From Desulfuromonadales bacterium (GTDB lineage Bacteria > Desulfobacterota > Desulfuromonadia > Desulfuromonadales > SZUA-540), in the NCBI GenBank assembly GCA_033549025.1, contig JAWSUS010000003.1:137207-201206 (forward strand): a DNA stretch of 64,000 nucleotides, written 5' to 3'. This document shows positions 1 through 12,520 of the stretch, piece by piece. Position 1 is the stretch's first letter; every line of letters starts with the position of its first letter. Made by a program: the position numbers and the translations under genes. A model generated the notes under the pieces. It saw nothing but the letters and a program-made list of their open reading frames with translations, was not told the DNA's origin and ran no database searches.

Positions 1-984
1 CGCCATGGCCAGACCATCGGCCGGCGTTTCAACCTTGCCGGCAGCACACAGGGCGTAGGCAGCATTGAGCAGAACGATATCCCGTTTGGGCCCTTTTTCG
101 CCGGAGAGAACGGCTCGTACAATTTTGGCATTACCCTGGGCATTGCCGCCGCGGAGATCTTCCATGGTGCAGCGTGTCAGCCCGAATTCCTCCGGCGTGA
201 TGCGCTTCACCTGCACACCGCTCTCGTCCACCGTGGCCACAACGGTCGCATCGGTCAGAGTAATCTCATCCATGCCATCGAGACCATGAACAACAAAACC
301 GCGCCGGCAGCCCAGTTTATGCAGCACCCAGCCCAGGGTCTCGACCATATCCTCGCGGTAAACCCCCATAACCTGACAATCGGCTTTCGCCGGATTGGTC
401 AACGGTCCAAGAATATTGAAGATGGTGCGAATGCCGATCTCTTTCCGGGGACCGATGGCGTGCTTCATGGCCCCATGAAGCGCCGGAGCAAAAAGAAAGC
501 CGACACCGATTTCATTAACACAGCGTTCGACGACATCCGGAGTGACGTCGAGGTTGACACCGAGGGCCTCCAGGACGTCGGCACTGCCGCAGGCCGACGA
601 AACGGAACGATTCCCGTGTTTCGCTACTTTAACACCACAGGCGGAAACGACAAAGGAAACGGTGGTCGAGATATTGAAGGTATTGGTGCAGTCTCCACCC
701 GTACCCACCACATCCAGGATGGTTTCCTGATCGATATTAATATCATCGCGGTCAATATCCAGGACGTTGCGCCCAACCCGGATCGGCGTCGCCCTCTCCC
801 GCATGACTTTAGCCGCACCGGTGATTTCATCAACCGTCTCCCCCTTCATGCGCAGGGCGGTGATAAAAGACCCGATCTGAGCCGGGGTCGCTCCTCCCGA
901 CATAATCTGATCCATCACGTCCACCATCTCTCCCATGGTGAGATCCTGGTGTTCGACTACTTTGGCAATAGCCATTTTGATCAT
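1..984 (-). CDS. trpD: anthranilate phosphoribosyltransferase (3' end runs off the window)
   Basis: Not in the ORF track. Manual translation from ATG at 984 gives [15 protein letters not shown]...[14 protein letters not shown]...[18 protein letters not shown] (TrpD motifs); lies downstream of trpE-trpG. Confidence 0.95.
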   Translation of the reverse strand, partial: MIKMAIAKVVEHQDLTMGEMVDVMDQIMSGGATPAQIGSFITALRMKGETVDEITGAAKVMRERATPIRVGRNVLDIDRDDINIDQETILDVVGTGGDCTNTFNISTTVSFVVSACGVKVAKHGNRSVSSACGSADVLEALGVNLDVTPDVVERCVNEIGVGFLFAPALHGAMKHAIGPRKEIGIRTIFNILGPLTNPAKADCQVMGVYREDMVETLGWVLHKLGCRRGFVVHGLDGMDEITLTDATVVATVDESGVQVKRITPEEFGLTRCTMEDLRGGNAQGNAKIVRAVLSGEKGPKRDIVLLNAAYALCAAGKVETPADGLAMA

Positions 985-1041
985 GGCAACTCCTTCGGCT
1001 GAAACAGGGGAATCTTTTGTATCCCCCGGCTCGCCCTCTGG

Positions 1042-1608
1042 TCAGGTCATTTTCAGAAAATTGGCAAGCAACGTCTTACCCTCGGCCGTCAGAATGGACT
1101 CGGGATGGAACTGCACTCCCCACAGGGGCCGCTGACGGTGTTCGAGTCCCATGATGGTGCCGTCATCCACCCAGGCGGTCACGTGCAAGCAATCCGGCAG
1201 ACTCTCCCGTTCAACGATCAAGGAGTGATAACGAGTGGCCACAAAAGGATTGGACAGCCCGGCAAAGACGCCACTGTTGTCGTGCCGTATCAGGCTGGTC
1301 TTTCCGTGCATAAGCTCGGCAGCCCTGACCACCTTTCCCCCAAAAGCGTAGCCGATGGACTGATGTCCCAGGCAGACGCCGAGCATGGGGATGGAATCCG
1401 ACAGCGTCTTTATCAGCTCAACCGAGATGCCCGCTTCGGTCGGAGAACAAGGTCCCGGAGAAATAACGATGCGGCGGGGCCTGAGGGCAGCAATTTCACC
1501 AATTGTTATCTGGTCGTTGCGGCGCACCACGACCTCTGCCCCCAACTCCTGCAGATACTGGACGAGGTTGTAGGTAAAAGAATCGTAGTTGTCCAGCATC
1601 AGCAGCAT
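1042..1608 (-). CDS. trpG: anthranilate synthase component II (glutamine amidotransferase)
   Basis: [27 protein letters not shown] class I GATase motifs; between trpE and trpD. Confidence 0.93.
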   Translation of the reverse strand: MLLMLDNYDSFTYNLVQYLQELGAEVVVRRNDQITIGEIAALRPRRIVISPGPCSPTEAGISVELIKTLSDSIPMLGVCLGHQSIGYAFGGKVVRAAELMHGKTSLIRHDNSGVFAGLSNPFVATRYHSLIVERESLPDCLHVTAWVDDGTIMGLEHRQRPLWGVQFHPESILTAEGKTLLANFLKMT

Positions 1609-3086
1609 CAGTCCAGACCTCCACAGGCCATGTCAATCGCCTTGCGAACCCCCATGGCTTTATTGATTGTCTCCTGATACTCAGCCTCTGGATCCGAGTC
1701 AGCCACGATGCCGGCGCCAGCCTGCAGATAGATTTTGCCTTCGTGCACCACCAGAGTACGGATGGCGATAGCCATATCCATATTGCCCGAAAAGGAAAAG
1801 TAACCGACCGCACCGCCGTATATCTCGCGTCGACAGGGCTCGAGTTCATCGATTATTTCCATGGCTCTAATCTTGGGTGCCCCGGACAGGGTCCCGGCCG
1901 GAAAAGCCGCCCGAAAAACGTCGAAGGCATCCTGCCCTTCCTCCAATTGCCCACGGACGTTGGAAACAATGTGCATGACATGGGAGTAACGCTCGACCAC
2001 CATCAATTCACTGACTTCAACGGTACCAGGACGGGAAACACGACCCACGTCATTGCGACCGAGATCGACCAGCATGATGTGCTCGGCCCTTTCTTTGGGG
2101 TCTTTGAGCAATTCTTGCTCTAGGCGCCTGTCTTCTTCTGGCGTAGTCCCCCTGGGTCTGGTCCCGGCGATGGGGCGTACTTCGATACGATCCTCTTCCT
2201 TGCGAACAAGGACTTCCGGAGAGGCGCCTATCACCATGGTGGAACCGAAGCGTAAGAAGAACATATACGGGGAAGGATTAATCGTACGAAGAGCGCGGTA
2301 GATGTCGAAGGGATCACAGACCAGATCGCCGGAAAAGCGCTGAGACAGCACCACCTGAAAAATATCTCCAGCCCGAATATACTCTTTGCACTGCTCAACA
2401 GCGGCCTGAAAGGCGCCGGCAGGGAAATTGACGTCCAGCGGACTTCCTGCAACGGCAGTCTTTGCCATCCGCGGAGCCGAGCCGACGCGAAGCTTTTCGA
2501 CAAGAGCATCGACACCGGCCAGTCCCCGTCGGTAGGCGACATCGGCGTCCTCACCCGGCTGTACGTGAACATTGCAGACAACCTTGATCTTCTGACGCAT
2601 GTTGTCAAAAATGAGCAATTGCTCGGTCAACATGAAGCATGAGTCAGGCGCGCCAATACACTTCGGGTTGGTATCCGGAAGACGTTCGATAAAACGAATC
2701 ATATCGTAGCCGAGATAGCCGACAGCGCCACCAAAAAAACGGGGCAATTCAGGTAGGTCTACGGGTCGATAAGGTGCCAGGAATTGGCGGAGTTCATCGA
2801 GAGGATCCGATGTCTCACCAGAACGGAGAATGGAGTCTCCCTCAAGAATCTCGAAATAATGCCCACTGGAACGAAAAACCTTGGCGGGACCACTCCCCAA
2901 AAAGGAGTATCGGGCCCACTTCTCCCCCCCCTCGATACTTTCGAGCAAAAAAGAGGTCTGACCATCATCAATTTTACGAAAGGCGGAAACAGGCGTTTCC
3001 ATATCGGCGAGAATATCGCGGCAGACAGGAATAAGATTGCCTTCTCGGGTCAGGGAACGGAACTGTTCCAAAGAAGGATAATACAT
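1608..3086 (-). CDS. trpE: anthranilate synthase component I
   Basis: [39 protein letters not shown] motifs. Confidence 0.96.
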   Translation of the reverse strand: MYYPSLEQFRSLTREGNLIPVCRDILADMETPVSAFRKIDDGQTSFLLESIEGGEKWARYSFLGSGPAKVFRSSGHYFEILEGDSILRSGETSDPLDELRQFLAPYRPVDLPELPRFFGGAVGYLGYDMIRFIERLPDTNPKCIGAPDSCFMLTEQLLIFDNMRQKIKVVCNVHVQPGEDADVAYRRGLAGVDALVEKLRVGSAPRMAKTAVAGSPLDVNFPAGAFQAAVEQCKEYIRAGDIFQVVLSQRFSGDLVCDPFDIYRALRTINPSPYMFFLRFGSTMVIGASPEVLVRKEEDRIEVRPIAGTRPRGTTPEEDRRLEQELLKDPKERAEHIMLVDLGRNDVGRVSRPGTVEVSELMVVERYSHVMHIVSNVRGQLEEGQDAFDVFRAAFPAGTLSGAPKIRAMEIIDELEPCRREIYGGAVGYFSFSGNMDMAIAIRTLVVHEGKIYLQAGAGIVADSDPEAEYQETINKAMGVRKAIDMACGGLD

Positions 3087-3113
3087 CGGGACTCCAAGGG
3101 AAAAAGGTGGGAC

Positions 3114-3143
3114 AAACTAGCACGAAACCAGAACCACCGTCAA
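3114..3143 (-). promoter_or_regulatory. putative sigma-70 promoter of trpEGD
   Basis: Minus strand TTGACG-N18-TAGTTT with extended -10 TG, about 30 nt upstream of the trpE start. Confidence 0.5.
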
Positions 3144-3195
3144 GACGCGAGGCCCCAGAAGGGAGCCACCCGGTATTTTATAATCCTCCTCAACG

Positions 3196-3229
3196 ACAAA
3201 GGGCAAGGAGTCGACTCCTTGCCCTTTGT
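3196..3229. terminator. hairpin/terminator after rplQ
   Basis: Perfect 34-nt palindrome ACAAAGGGCAAGGAGTC/GACTCCTTGCCCTTTGT, 25 nt past the rplQ stop. Confidence 0.75.
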
Positions 3230-3254
3230 TACCATTCAGCAATATGCGAGGCCC

Positions 3255-3734
3255 TTAGGCCTTTTCCTCTTCTGACTCTCCCTTTTCAGGAGCAGCAGCC
3301 TCTTCCGAAACCACTTCTTCTGCCTTTACCGCGGGGGCAGCAGGAGCAGCGGCGGCTTTACGAGGACGAGGGGTAAACTCTTCTTCTACCAGCTCGACAA
3401 TCGCCATCGGAGCGTTATCACCAAGACGACTGCCGACCTTGAAGATACGGGTATAACCACCGGGGCGATCCTTGTATCGGGGCGCTACCATATCAAAAAG
3501 CTTGGCAACCGCCTTGCGCTCGCGCATAACAGCGAGAGCCTGGCGGCGGGCATGCAGATCTCCGCGTTTCCCGAGGGTGATCATCTTTTCAGCGATCTTG
3601 CGAAGTTCCTTGGCCCTGGCATCGGTAGTAGTGATCTTCTCATGCATAATGAGAGAGGTCACCATATTGCGCATCATGGCCGAACGGTGGCTGGAGTTGC
3701 GGCCAAGCCGTTTTCCAGATTTATTGTGACGCAT
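3255..3734 (-). CDS. rplQ: 50S ribosomal protein L17
   Basis: [12 protein letters not shown]..., GGYTRI; Ala/Glu-rich C-terminal tail; last gene of alpha operon. Confidence 0.98.
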   Translation of the reverse strand: MRHNKSGKRLGRNSSHRSAMMRNMVTSLIMHEKITTTDARAKELRKIAEKMITLGKRGDLHARRQALAVMRERKAVAKLFDMVAPRYKDRPGGYTRIFKVGSRLGDNAPMAIVELVEEEFTPRPRKAAAAPAAPAVKAEEVVSEEAAAPEKGESEEEKA

Positions 3735-3775
3735 TGTTTTCGGGTCCTTTCTTCTTTATTCCTCGGAAGGAGAAA

Positions 3776-4792
3776 CTATTCTTCTTCGCTCCCCTTTTGG
3801 ATCATCTTGAGATATTCGGGATCCGGGAAATTATCCAGTTTCATACCCAGAGTCAGGTCCATTTCAGCCAGGATATCTTTGATTTCATTCAAAGATTTTC
3901 TGCCAAAATTCTGGGTTTTAAGCATTTCGGCTTCACTGCGCTGCACCAGGTCTCCAATAAGATGGATGTTGGCGTTTTTAAGGCAGTTGGCACTACGAAC
4001 GGACAACTCGAGTTCATCAACGCTACGGTAGAGATTTTCGTTGATCTTCCGACCTTCTTCAGGAACTTCCTGCGCAGCGGGCTCAAGATTTTCATCAAAA
4101 TTGATGAAAATCTGCAGTTGTTCTTTCAGAATCTTGGCCGCATAGGCCACCGCGTCATCAGGTCTCACACTGCCATCGGTCGCCACTTCCAGAGTCAGTT
4201 TATCGTAATCGGTAATCTGCCCGACCCTGGCATTGGCAACGGTAAAATTCACCTTTTTGATCGGTGAAAAGATGGAATCAATGGGAATGGTTCCCACTGG
4301 AGCCCGTTCGTCCCGATTGCGATCGGCCGGCACATAGCCCTTGCCAAGCGCGACCACCATGTCCATCTCCACATCGGCTTCCTTGGAGCAGGTGGCGATA
4401 TGATGATCGGGGTTGAGAACTTCGACCTGCGAATCAGTAATGATATCACCAGCGGTGATAACACCGGCACCCTTTTTTACGATGCGGATATTCCGGCTCT
4501 CATTCCCGTGAAGCTTCAGAAGAACTCCCTTGAGATTGAGAATGATGTCGGTCACGTCCTCGGTCACCCCAGGAACAGTTGAGAATTCGTGCAGAACCCC
4601 CTTGATACGAACCGATGTAATAGCTGCCCCCTGCAAAGAGGAAAGCAGAATACGACGCAAGGAGTTCCCAAGAGTGGTGGCAAAACCACGCCCGAAAGGT
4701 TCAGCAAAAAACTTCCCGTAGGTATCGGTCAGACTGTCCGACTCAATCTGGAGGCGCTTAGGCTTGATGAGATCTCTCCAGTTTTTATACAT
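3776..4792 (-). CDS. rpoA: RNA polymerase alpha subunit
   Basis: [32 protein letters not shown]. Confidence 0.99.
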   Translation of the reverse strand: MYKNWRDLIKPKRLQIESDSLTDTYGKFFAEPFGRGFATTLGNSLRRILLSSLQGAAITSVRIKGVLHEFSTVPGVTEDVTDIILNLKGVLLKLHGNESRNIRIVKKGAGVITAGDIITDSQVEVLNPDHHIATCSKEADVEMDMVVALGKGYVPADRNRDERAPVGTIPIDSIFSPIKKVNFTVANARVGQITDYDKLTLEVATDGSVRPDDAVAYAAKILKEQLQIFINFDENLEPAAQEVPEEGRKINENLYRSVDELELSVRSANCLKNANIHLIGDLVQRSEAEMLKTQNFGRKSLNEIKDILAEMDLTLGMKLDNFPDPEYLKMIQKGSEEE

Positions 4793-4839
4793 TCGTATCC
4801 TCCGTAATGAGGTTACATCAGCGGACTGCCAAGATTAAA

Positions 4840-5469
4840 TTACTTGGAGTACAGTTCGACAATGAGGTGTTCTTGGAATTCAGGTGTGGTCATCTCTTCA
4901 CGCACGGGCAAAGTTTTAACAGTACCCTTGAAAGCATCCCGCTCCAACTCAACCCAAGTGGGAATGCCGCGGCGCATCACACCATCCAACGCCTCATTGA
5001 TTCGAACAATTTTCCGACTTTTCTCTTTGAGTTCAATCACATCGCCGATACGAACAAGGTAGGAAGGGATATTAACCTTGCGTCCATTAACGAGGAAATG
5101 CCCCTGGCGAACCAACAGGCGCCCCTCATTACGGGAAGTGGCGAAACCCATGCGGTAAACCATGCTATCCAGCCGCCTTTCGAGCAGCATCAGGAGGTTT
5201 TCACCCGTAACCCCCTTCATGCGGTCCGCCTTATCGAAGGTGGCCCTAAACTGCTTTTCAACCAGCCCGTAAGTACGTTTGACCTTCTGTTTGGCGCGCA
5301 ACTGGGTACCGTAGTCCGTAACCTTGGTGCGCCCCTGACCATGCTGACCCGGAGCGTAATTGCGGCGCTCCAAAGAGCATTTATCCGTATGGCATCTGTC
5401 CCCCTTAAGGAACAGTTTAGCATTTTCTCTCCTGCACAAGCGGCAGACAGGACCTGTATATCTAGCCAA
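4840..5469 (-). CDS. rpsD: 30S ribosomal protein S4
   Basis: [27 protein letters not shown]. Confidence 0.99.
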   Translation of the reverse strand: MARYTGPVCRLCRRENAKLFLKGDRCHTDKCSLERRNYAPGQHGQGRTKVTDYGTQLRAKQKVKRTYGLVEKQFRATFDKADRMKGVTGENLLMLLERRLDSMVYRMGFATSRNEGRLLVRQGHFLVNGRKVNIPSYLVRIGDVIELKEKSRKIVRINEALDGVMRRGIPTWVELERDAFKGTVKTLPVREEMTTPEFQEHLIVELYSK

Positions 5470-5490
5470 CGTTCGTCCTCCTTATCTCGT

Positions 5491-5886
5491 TTAGACTCTT
5501 CTGCGTTTGGGCGGCCGGCAGCCGTTGTGGGGAATCGGGGTCACATCTTTAATCATCGTGATGTTGAGCCCGGCAGACTGCAAAGCGCGCAGGGCGGATT
5601 CGCGACCAGACCCAGGCCCTTTTACGTAAGCAATAAGGCTGCGCATACCATGCTCCATGGCTTTTTTGGCCGCATCCTCAGCCGCGACCTGAGCCGCGAA
5701 AGGCGTGCTTTTACGAGAGCCTTTGAAGTTTTTAGCACCACAGGTCGACCAGGAGATGACGTTTCCGGCAGGATCGGTAATGGTGATAATCGTATTGTTA
5801 AAAGTTGCCTGAATGTGAGCAACCCCATTGGCGATGTTCTTTTTTTCTACTTTTTTTCTAACGACTTTCTTTCCTGGCTTAGCCAT
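5491..5886 (-). CDS. rpsK: 30S ribosomal protein S11
   Basis: [26 protein letters not shown]. Confidence 0.99.
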   Translation of the reverse strand: MAKPGKKVVRKKVEKKNIANGVAHIQATFNNTIITITDPAGNVISWSTCGAKNFKGSRKSTPFAAQVAAEDAAKKAMEHGMRSLIAYVKGPGSGRESALRALQSAGLNITMIKDVTPIPHNGCRPPKRRRV

Positions 5887-5897
5887 GCTTCCTCCAG

Positions 5898-6266
5898 TTA
5901 TTTCTTCTTGCCGGCGACAGTCTTGCGAGGACCTTTCCGGGTGCGAGCATTGGTCTTGGTTTTCTGTCCACGAACAGGAAGCCCGCGTCTGTGCCGAAGA
6001 CCGCGGTAGCAGCCAAGATCCATCAGGCGCTTGATGTTCATGGAGATCTCACGGCGAAGATCCCCTTCAACCCGAAATTCGCGGTCGATGATTTCACGAA
6101 TCTTGGCAACTTCTGCCTCAGTCAGGTCATCAGTCCGAGTATTTCCATCCACCCCAGCTTTGGCAAGAATCTCCTGGGAGGAGGATCGGCCGATACCATA
6201 AATATAGGTGAGGGCAATCTCACTTCTCTTATTTCTCGGTAAGTCGATACCAGCAATACGTGCCAA
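5898..6266 (-). CDS. rpsM: 30S ribosomal protein S13
   Basis: [25 protein letters not shown]. Confidence 0.99.
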   Translation of the reverse strand: MARIAGIDLPRNKRSEIALTYIYGIGRSSSQEILAKAGVDGNTRTDDLTEAEVAKIREIIDREFRVEGDLRREISMNIKRLMDLGCYRGLRHRRGLPVRGQKTKTNARTRKGPRKTVAGKKK

Positions 6267-6286
6267 TGTCTTTTCCTCCTAATACC

Positions 6287-6400
6287 TTAACCTTGTTTCT
6301 GCTTATGCTTGGGATTTTCACAGATGATCCGGACAATGCCTTTACGCTTAATCACTTTGCACTTATCGCAGATCGCCTTAACCGAAGCTCGGACTTTCAT
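6287..6400 (-). CDS. rpmJ: 50S ribosomal protein L36 (zinc-ribbon form)
   Basis: Too short for the ORF track. Manual translation [37 protein letters not shown]. Confidence 0.97.
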   Translation of the reverse strand: MKVRASVKAICDKCKVIKRKGIVRIICENPKHKQKQG

Positions 6401-6481
6401 CGTATGTTCCTTTACTGAAAATGAAGTATCAAAAACGTCAGAGCCAACCCGGATATATTTATTTCCAAGCCGCCCTTCGAC

Positions 6482-7228
6482 CTACAAAGCTGTCAAAATT
6501 TCTGGTCCATTATCGGTCAAGGCAACAGTGTGTTCAAAATGCGCCGACAATTTTCCGTCAACAGTAACCGCCGTCCAGCCGTCGTCCAGTATTTTTACCC
6601 CAGGGAGCCCGGCGTTGATCATGGGCTCGATGGCAAAAGTCATGCCCGCTCTTAATTTTGTCCCTTGCCCAGGCGGCCCAAAATTGGGGATTTGGGGATC
6701 TTCATGCAATTGTCGCCCGATGCCGTGACCGACAAATTCACGAACAACACTAAAACCTTCGTTTTCGGCACAAACCTGAACCGCATGGGAGATATCCGTC
6801 AACCTACCGTGCACCACGGCGGCGGAGATACCTTTTTGCAGTGACTTTTCTGTGACTTCAAGAAGCCGCCCGGCTTCGTCACCAATCCGGCCTACAGGCA
6901 GAGTAATAGCGGCATCCCCATAGAAACCCTTATACAAGACGCCAAAATCAATACTCAGAATGTCGCCTTCCTTCAGGGGCTCCCGATTTGAAAACCCGTG
7001 GACCACCTTTTCATTCGGTGAGGCACAAATCGTATAAGGAAAGCCGCCATACCCCTTGAAGGCGGCTTTTACGTTTCGCCTTTTACACTCTTTCTCAGCA
7101 AGTTGATCCAGCTCAATCGTCGTGATACCTGGCGCGGCGTTTTCTTTTAGAACCGCCAATATTTCTGCGACGATCTGGCCGGCTCCACGCATAAGGACCA
7201 GTTCCTGTTTGGTCTTGATGCTAACCAC
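6482..7228 (-). CDS. map: methionine aminopeptidase type I
   Basis: VVHG, DFG...GD, GHGIG..LHE.P, AIEPM, SAHFEHT; start set to the GTG just after the adk stop. Confidence 0.96.
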   Translation of the reverse strand: MVSIKTKQELVLMRGAGQIVAEILAVLKENAAPGITTIELDQLAEKECKRRNVKAAFKGYGGFPYTICASPNEKVVHGFSNREPLKEGDILSIDFGVLYKGFYGDAAITLPVGRIGDEAGRLLEVTEKSLQKGISAAVVHGRLTDISHAVQVCAENEGFSVVREFVGHGIGRQLHEDPQIPNFGPPGQGTKLRAGMTFAIEPMINAGLPGVKILDDGWTAVTVDGKLSAHFEHTVALTDNGPEILTAL

Positions 7229-7229
7229 G

Positions 7230-7877
7230 TCACTTCGCTGCGAGGACGACAAGGATCTTGTTTTTGACGACCTGAATATCCTGCATGCCATCGATAGCAT
7301 GAAGCAGACCGGCCGACCCGTAATACGCGACAAGTGGTTCAGTCTGAGCGCGATAAACCTCTAAGCGCTTACGGATGGTCTCTTCCTTGTCATCGTCACG
7401 CTGAACGAGTTCACCCTGACAGGCATCACACTTACCGGCAACAGCGGGAGGATCAAACTTGATGTGAAAACCACGACCACAGTCGCGGCAGGTCCGACGA
7501 CCAGTCAAGCGCTCCACAAGGGCCTCAGGATCCACCTCAAGGGAGATAACCGCATCGAGATTCTTATCTAAATCGGCCAAAGAATCCCTAAGAGCATCGG
7601 CCTGAGCGACGGTACGGGGAAAGCCATCAAGAATGAACCCATTTTGACAGTCGGCCTGTTGCAGTCTCTCACGTACAATCCCAACCACGACCTCATCGGG
7701 GACAAGACCACCCGCGTCCATGAAGCTTTTGGCCTTCACCCCCATGGGAGTCCCATCTTTAACAGCTGCCCGCAGAATATCGCCGGTAGAAATCTGAGGG
7801 ATCTGATATTGCCCTGTAAGCATTTTAGCCTGGGTACCCTTACCCGCTCCGGGAGGCCCAAGTAGAATAAGTTTCAT
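7230..7877 (-). CDS. adk: adenylate kinase
   Basis: GPPGAGKGTQA, LDGFPRT, zinc LID CRDC/CDAC. Confidence 0.98.
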   Translation of the reverse strand: MKLILLGPPGAGKGTQAKMLTGQYQIPQISTGDILRAAVKDGTPMGVKAKSFMDAGGLVPDEVVVGIVRERLQQADCQNGFILDGFPRTVAQADALRDSLADLDKNLDAVISLEVDPEALVERLTGRRTCRDCGRGFHIKFDPPAVAGKCDACQGELVQRDDDKEETIRKRLEVYRAQTEPLVAYYGSAGLLHAIDGMQDIQVVKNKILVVLAAK

Positions 7878-7894
7878 CTCGTCAAATCCTTAAA

Positions 7895-9205
7895 TCAACC
7901 ACGACGTCCCTTGATGGTCACACCTTTCATAAAACCCTCGTAGGAGCGGGAGATAAGGTGCGCCTCGATCTGGGAAGCCGTATCGAGACCGACGCCAACA
8001 ACGATCAACAGCGAGGTTCCGCCAAAATAAAATGGCACATTGAACTGCCCGATCAAGATTGTCGGCAAAACACACACAGCGGAAACATACATGGCCCCAG
8101 CAAAGGTGATCCTGCTGAGCACCGTGTCAATGTGCTCGGCGGTCGCCTTTCCAGGCCTCACACCAGGAATGTAGCCACCCTGCTTCTTGATATTATCCGC
8201 GACATCCACTGGGTTGAAAGTCACAGCCGTGTAGAAATAACAAAAGAAAATTATAAATGCAACGAAAAAAACATTGTAGAGCCAGTGATCCGGCGTCATC
8301 ATGGCGGCCACAGTCTGAACCCAGGGCACATCCACCAGGTTGGCGACAGTTGCAGGGAACATGATGATGGAGCTGGCAAAAATTGGCGGTATGACACCGC
8401 TCATATTGACTTTGAGAGGCAGGTGGCTTGTCTGCCCGCCGTAATTGCGCATACCGACCACACGCTTGGCGTAATGGATCGGTACCCGCCGCTGTCCCCT
8501 CTCCATGAAAATGATTGCCGCCACCACCGCAACCATGACGGCAAGAATCAGGAGGATCATGAAGATGGTCAGTTCTCCGGTGTTGAACAGCCGGACGCTG
8601 TTAACAATAGCGGAGGGCATGTTTGCCACAATGCCGGCAAAGATGATCAATGAGATGCCATTGCCGATGCCACGCTCCGTAATCTGTTCACCCAGCCACA
8701 TGATAAAAGCCGTACCCGCCGTCAGGGTGATGATCGTGAGCAAAATAAAGCCCATCCCTTGGTTCGGCACGACAAGTTCACCGGCGGGACCGCGCATGGT
8801 TTGCAAACCAACGGCAATCCCGGCGCCCTGAATGACCGACAGGACGATGGTCCCGTAGCGGGTCCACTTGGTAATGGTTTTTCGACCCTGCTCACCCTCC
8901 TTGGACAGTCGTTCGACCGGCTCAAAGACCACGGTCAACAACTGCAGAATGATAGATGCGCTGATATAGGGCATGATCCCCAGCGCAAAAACCGTCATTC
9001 TTTCGAGAGCACCGCCAGTAAAGGCACTGACCAGGCCAAGAAGGGTCCCCTGGGTTCCCTCGAAAAATTTGGCGAGAACCTGGGCATCCACCCCGGGAGT
9101 AGGCACATGGCAGCCCACACGATAGACAGCCAGCATTCCAAGGGTGAAGAGAATCCGTCTTCTTAATTCAGGAATATTGAAGATATTCTGGATGCTGGAT
9201 ATCAA
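7895..9205 (-). CDS. secY: preprotein translocase subunit SecY
   Basis: [43 protein letters not shown]; start set to TTG at 9205. Confidence 0.98.
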   Translation of the reverse strand: MISSIQNIFNIPELRRRILFTLGMLAVYRVGCHVPTPGVDAQVLAKFFEGTQGTLLGLVSAFTGGALERMTVFALGIMPYISASIILQLLTVVFEPVERLSKEGEQGRKTITKWTRYGTIVLSVIQGAGIAVGLQTMRGPAGELVVPNQGMGFILLTIITLTAGTAFIMWLGEQITERGIGNGISLIIFAGIVANMPSAIVNSVRLFNTGELTIFMILLILAVMVAVVAAIIFMERGQRRVPIHYAKRVVGMRNYGGQTSHLPLKVNMSGVIPPIFASSIIMFPATVANLVDVPWVQTVAAMMTPDHWLYNVFFVAFIIFFCYFYTAVTFNPVDVADNIKKQGGYIPGVRPGKATAEHIDTVLSRITFAGAMYVSAVCVLPTILIGQFNVPFYFGGTSLLIVVGVGLDTASQIEAHLISRSYEGFMKGVTIKGRRG

Positions 9206-9206
9206 T

Positions 9207-9647
9207 TTAAATAACCTCGGCTTTGCCACCTGCGGCTTCAATTTTCTCCGCGGCAGACTTGCTGAATTTGTGGGCTTTTACAGTCAGGGCCTTGGTAAGT
9301 TCACCGTCGCCGAGAATCTTGATGCCGTCACAGACATCAGTCACCAGGCGAGCCTTGCCAAAGGCTTCAAGGTCAACAACCGAACCAGCCTCAAAAACCT
9401 CAAGGTCCTTAAGGTTGACCAAGGCATAGACCTTTTTGTTAAGCGACCGAAAACCTCTTTTAGGCAGGCGGCGCTGCAAGGGCATTTGCCCCCCCTCGAA
9501 GCCAGGCTTCACGCTACCACCCGAACGGGCCTTTTGTCCCTTGTGCCCTTTACCGGCAGTCTTGCCGGTTCCAGACCCGGGTCCCCGTCCAATGCGTTTT
9601 CTATTTTTTGTAGAACCGTAGGCCGGTTGCAGATTACTTAAATCCAT
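9207..9647 (-). CDS. rplO: 50S ribosomal protein L15
   Basis: [32 protein letters not shown]. Confidence 0.99.
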   Translation of the reverse strand: MDLSNLQPAYGSTKNRKRIGRGPGSGTGKTAGKGHKGQKARSGGSVKPGFEGGQMPLQRRLPKRGFRSLNKKVYALVNLKDLEVFEAGSVVDLEAFGKARLVTDVCDGIKILGDGELTKALTVKAHKFSKSAAEKIEAAGGKAEVI

Positions 9648-9667
9648 GTCAATTCTTCCTTATTGAA

Positions 9668-9850
9668 TCACTCTTCGACGAGGACCATGTGGGAGACCTT
9701 GTTGATCATCCCGCGAATCTCAGGAGTATCCTTAAGAACCACGGTCTGATGCAACTTGGTCAAGCCGAGCCCCTTAAGTACTTGAGTGAAATAAGCCTTA
9801 CGACCAATTCCGCTCTTTTTCAGAGTCACTTTTATCTCTGGAGCCATCAT
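9668..9850 (-). CDS. rpmD: 50S ribosomal protein L30
   Basis: LGL.K...V, DTPEIRGMINKVSH; position in spc operon. Confidence 0.96.
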   Translation of the reverse strand: MMAPEIKVTLKKSGIGRKAYFTQVLKGLGLTKLHQTVVLKDTPEIRGMINKVSHMVLVEE

Positions 9851-9870
9851 CCATTCTCCTTCTTTGGGCC

Positions 9871-10362
9871 TTACTCAGCGGAGGCAACACCACGGCGCTG
9901 AAGAATCTCTTCCGCACTTTTAAGTTGCTCCAACGCATTGAAAGTCGCCTTGACAACATTGTGCGGGTTGTTGGACCCAAGGCACTTGGAAAGGATATCG
10001 CCGACACCCGCCACCTCGAGGACAGCACGGGCTGCGCCGCCTGCGATAACACCAGTACCTTGAGAAGCAGGGCGCAACAAGACCTTGCCAGCTCCAAACT
10101 TGCCAATAATGTCAAAGGGAATGGTACGGTCCTTAAGAGGAACCCGAATCAGCGACTTCTTGGCTTGTTCAACCCCTTTGCGGATTGCTTCAGGCACTTC
10201 CTTGGCTTTACCAAGACCATAACCTACGTAACCTTGCCCGTCTCCAACCACTACAAGAGCGGAGAAACTGAAACGGCGCCCGCCTTTAACGACCTTGGCG
10301 CAACGGTTAATATGAATGACCCTGTCGGTCAGATTTAGCTCATTGGGATCGATGCGATGCAA
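9871..10362 (-). CDS. rpsE: 30S ribosomal protein S5
   Basis: [30 protein letters not shown] start fits RBS spacing (alternative ATG at 10368). Confidence 0.98.
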   Translation of the reverse strand: MHRIDPNELNLTDRVIHINRCAKVVKGGRRFSFSALVVVGDGQGYVGYGLGKAKEVPEAIRKGVEQAKKSLIRVPLKDRTIPFDIIGKFGAGKVLLRPASQGTGVIAGGAARAVLEVAGVGDILSKCLGSNNPHNVVKATFNALEQLKSAEEILQRRGVASAE

Positions 10363-10378
10363 AGACATCCTCCTTTAC

Positions 10379-10747
10379 CTAAAAAGACAGACCGGTTTCC
10401 CGAGCCGCCTCGGCAAGCGCCTTGACGCGACCATGGTACAAAAACCCATTGCGGTCAAACACAACCTGCTTGATGTTTTTCTCAAGGGCCATCTTGGCGA
10501 TAGCCCGGCCCACAGCCTTTGCTGACTCTATATTTCCGCTGCTCGTCCCAGCTTCCACGATGCCGTCATTGACAGTACCAGCGGACGCAAGAGTCGTTCC
10601 GTTAGTGTCCTCAATGATCTGGGCATAGATATGTTTGGCGCTCCTGAAAACACAAAGACGGGGGCGTTCAACCGTTCCACGAACCTTTTGGCGCACCCGA
10701 ATTTTGCGTTTGATACGTGCCAGGGACCTTTCTTTTGCGATGCTCAC
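10379..10747 (-). CDS. rplR: 50S ribosomal protein L18
   Basis: [21 protein letters not shown]. Confidence 0.99.
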   Translation of the reverse strand: MSIAKERSLARIKRKIRVRQKVRGTVERPRLCVFRSAKHIYAQIIEDTNGTTLASAGTVNDGIVEAGTSSGNIESAKAVGRAIAKMALEKNIKQVVFDRNGFLYHGRVKALAEAARETGLSF

Positions 10748-10773
10748 AGTGTTTCTCCTTGACCTGTAATCAA

Positions 10774-11316
10774 TTATTTTTTACCGGTCTTGCCTGCTTT
10801 ACGCAAAATCCGCTCATCAGCATACTTGATTCCCTTCCCCTTGTAGGGTTCAGGAGCTCGGAAAGAACGAATTTTTGCGGCTGTAGCGCCGACAAGCTGC
10901 TTATCTATCCCCTTCACTGTAACCTTGGTCTGTTTTTCGACCTCGACAGTGATGCCTTCGGGCAGGGGATATTCGACGGGATGCGAGTAACCCAGGGCGA
11001 GACTCAGCATCTTCCCTTTCAATTCGGCCCGGTAACCAACGCCATTGATTTCGAGCACTCTTTCGAAACCCTTGGTGACACCATCGACCATATTGGCGAT
11101 AAGCGTCCGGGTCAGGCCCTGCAAAGCTCCACCCTGCTTGTTTCCCTCTGCAAGGGGAGAAACTTGGATATTACCGGAATCCACCTTGACTTCGACATCC
11201 GTACTGATTGTCCTCTCCAGGTGGCCCTTTGGTCCCTTTACCCGAATAGCAGCCCCCGAGAGGGTCACTTCAACTCCGGCAGGGATGACGATGGGTTTTT
11301 TCCCTATTCTTGACAT
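10774..11316 (-). CDS. rplF: 50S ribosomal protein L6
   Basis: [17 protein letters not shown]. Confidence 0.99.
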   Translation of the reverse strand: MSRIGKKPIVIPAGVEVTLSGAAIRVKGPKGHLERTISTDVEVKVDSGNIQVSPLAEGNKQGGALQGLTRTLIANMVDGVTKGFERVLEINGVGYRAELKGKMLSLALGYSHPVEYPLPEGITVEVEKQTKVTVKGIDKQLVGATAAKIRSFRAPEPYKGKGIKYADERILRKAGKTGKK

Positions 11317-11342
11317 CCTCTATACTCCTTAAGCCGTAACGG

Positions 11343-11741
11343 TTACCAGACGGTACAAATGATCTCACCGCCAACCTGCGCCTCACGTGCGGCAACGTCG
11401 TGGAGAACACCCCGTGAAGTGGATAGAATAGCGCAACCAAGCCCGTTCTTCACACTGGGGATTTCATCCTTACCCACGTATACGCGACGGCCAGGAGTAG
11501 ACATCCGTTTAATTTCATGGATCACGTGCTTGTTATTATCATCAAATTTCAAATAAATCCGCAGGATGCCCTGTTTGTCGTCTTCTACGGTCTTGAAATT
11601 TTTGATGTAGCCGAGATCCTTCAGCACCTCGGCCAGTGCCACCTTCACCTTGGACATGGGCACGTCCACCTTTTGGTGCTTCGCCATTCCCGCATTACGA
11701 ATACGGGTAAGCATATCAGCTATAGGATCAGTCATTGCCAT
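11343..11741 (-). CDS. rpsH: 30S ribosomal protein S8
   Basis: [27 protein letters not shown]. Confidence 0.99.
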   Translation of the reverse strand: MAMTDPIADMLTRIRNAGMAKHQKVDVPMSKVKVALAEVLKDLGYIKNFKTVEDDKQGILRIYLKFDDNNKHVIHEIKRMSTPGRRVYVGKDEIPSVKNGLGCAILSTSRGVLHDVAAREAQVGGEIICTVW

Positions 11742-11758
11742 GGATGCAACTCCTCTTT

Positions 11759-11944
11759 TTACCAGCTTGATTTAACAACGCCGGGGATTTTACCGTCCAG
11801 CGCCAATTTGCGCAGGCAAATCCTGCACATATCAAATTTCCGATAGTATCCGCGCGAACGCCCGCACAATGGGCAGCGATTATAATTACGAACGCTGAAT
11901 TTTTTAGGCCGCGCGGCCTTTATCATCATCGATTTTTTTGCCAC
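11759..11944 (-). CDS. rpsN: 30S ribosomal protein S14, type Z (zinc-binding)
   Basis: 61 aa, RCPLCGR...MCRIC...PGVVKSSW. Confidence 0.97.
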   Translation of the reverse strand: MAKKSMMIKAARPKKFSVRNYNRCPLCGRSRGYYRKFDMCRICLRKLALDGKIPGVVKSSW

Positions 11945-11968
11945 CGTATACCTCCGCTATCTGATTCA

Positions 11969-12508
11969 CTATTTCCTGAAGGGCATCCCAAGTTGCGTCA
12001 GCAGAGCACGACCTTCTTCATCGTTACGCGCTGTCGTTACAATGGTGATATTGAGACCCTTGACCTTGTCGATTTTCTCGAGATCGATCTCAGGAAAAAT
12101 CAGCTGTTCCTTGATCCCGAAGGTATAGTTGCCACGCCCGTCAAACGCCTTAGGAGAAACCCCCTTGAAATCTCTTACGCGAGGCAAGGCGACATTGATG
12201 AGGCGATCCAGAAACTCAAAGGCTTTTTCCCGACGCAGAGTGACCATGCAACCAATGGGCATCCCCTCACGAAGCTTGAAGCCGGCGATGGATTTTTTGG
12301 CCTTGGTAATGACAGCTTTCTGTCCGGTAATGCGGCCAAGTTCCTCGACAGCAGATTCCAACACCTTGATATTCTGAATGGCTTCCCCAAGGCCCATGTT
12401 GATGACGACCTTTTCAACCCTGGGAACTTCCATTACGTTTTTAAGTTGCAGGTCCTTCATGAGCTGGGGAACCAGCTCGGCCTGGTAAATCCCTTTAAGT
12501 CTGGCCAT
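11969..12508 (-). CDS. rplE: 50S ribosomal protein L5
   Basis: [23 protein letters not shown]. Confidence 0.99.
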   Translation of the reverse strand: MARLKGIYQAELVPQLMKDLQLKNVMEVPRVEKVVINMGLGEAIQNIKVLESAVEELGRITGQKAVITKAKKSIAGFKLREGMPIGCMVTLRREKAFEFLDRLINVALPRVRDFKGVSPKAFDGRGNYTFGIKEQLIFPEIDLEKIDKVKGLNITIVTTARNDEEGRALLTQLGMPFRK

Positions 12509-12520
12509 GGAAATTCTCCG

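Noticed and set aside
286..1002. 238-aa plus-strand ORF
   Set aside because: Antisense of trpD, which the ORF track missed because it runs off the window.
6400..6482. Absence of infA between map and rpmJ
   Set aside because: infA is located elsewhere in many bacteria; there is no remnant or sign of disruption here.
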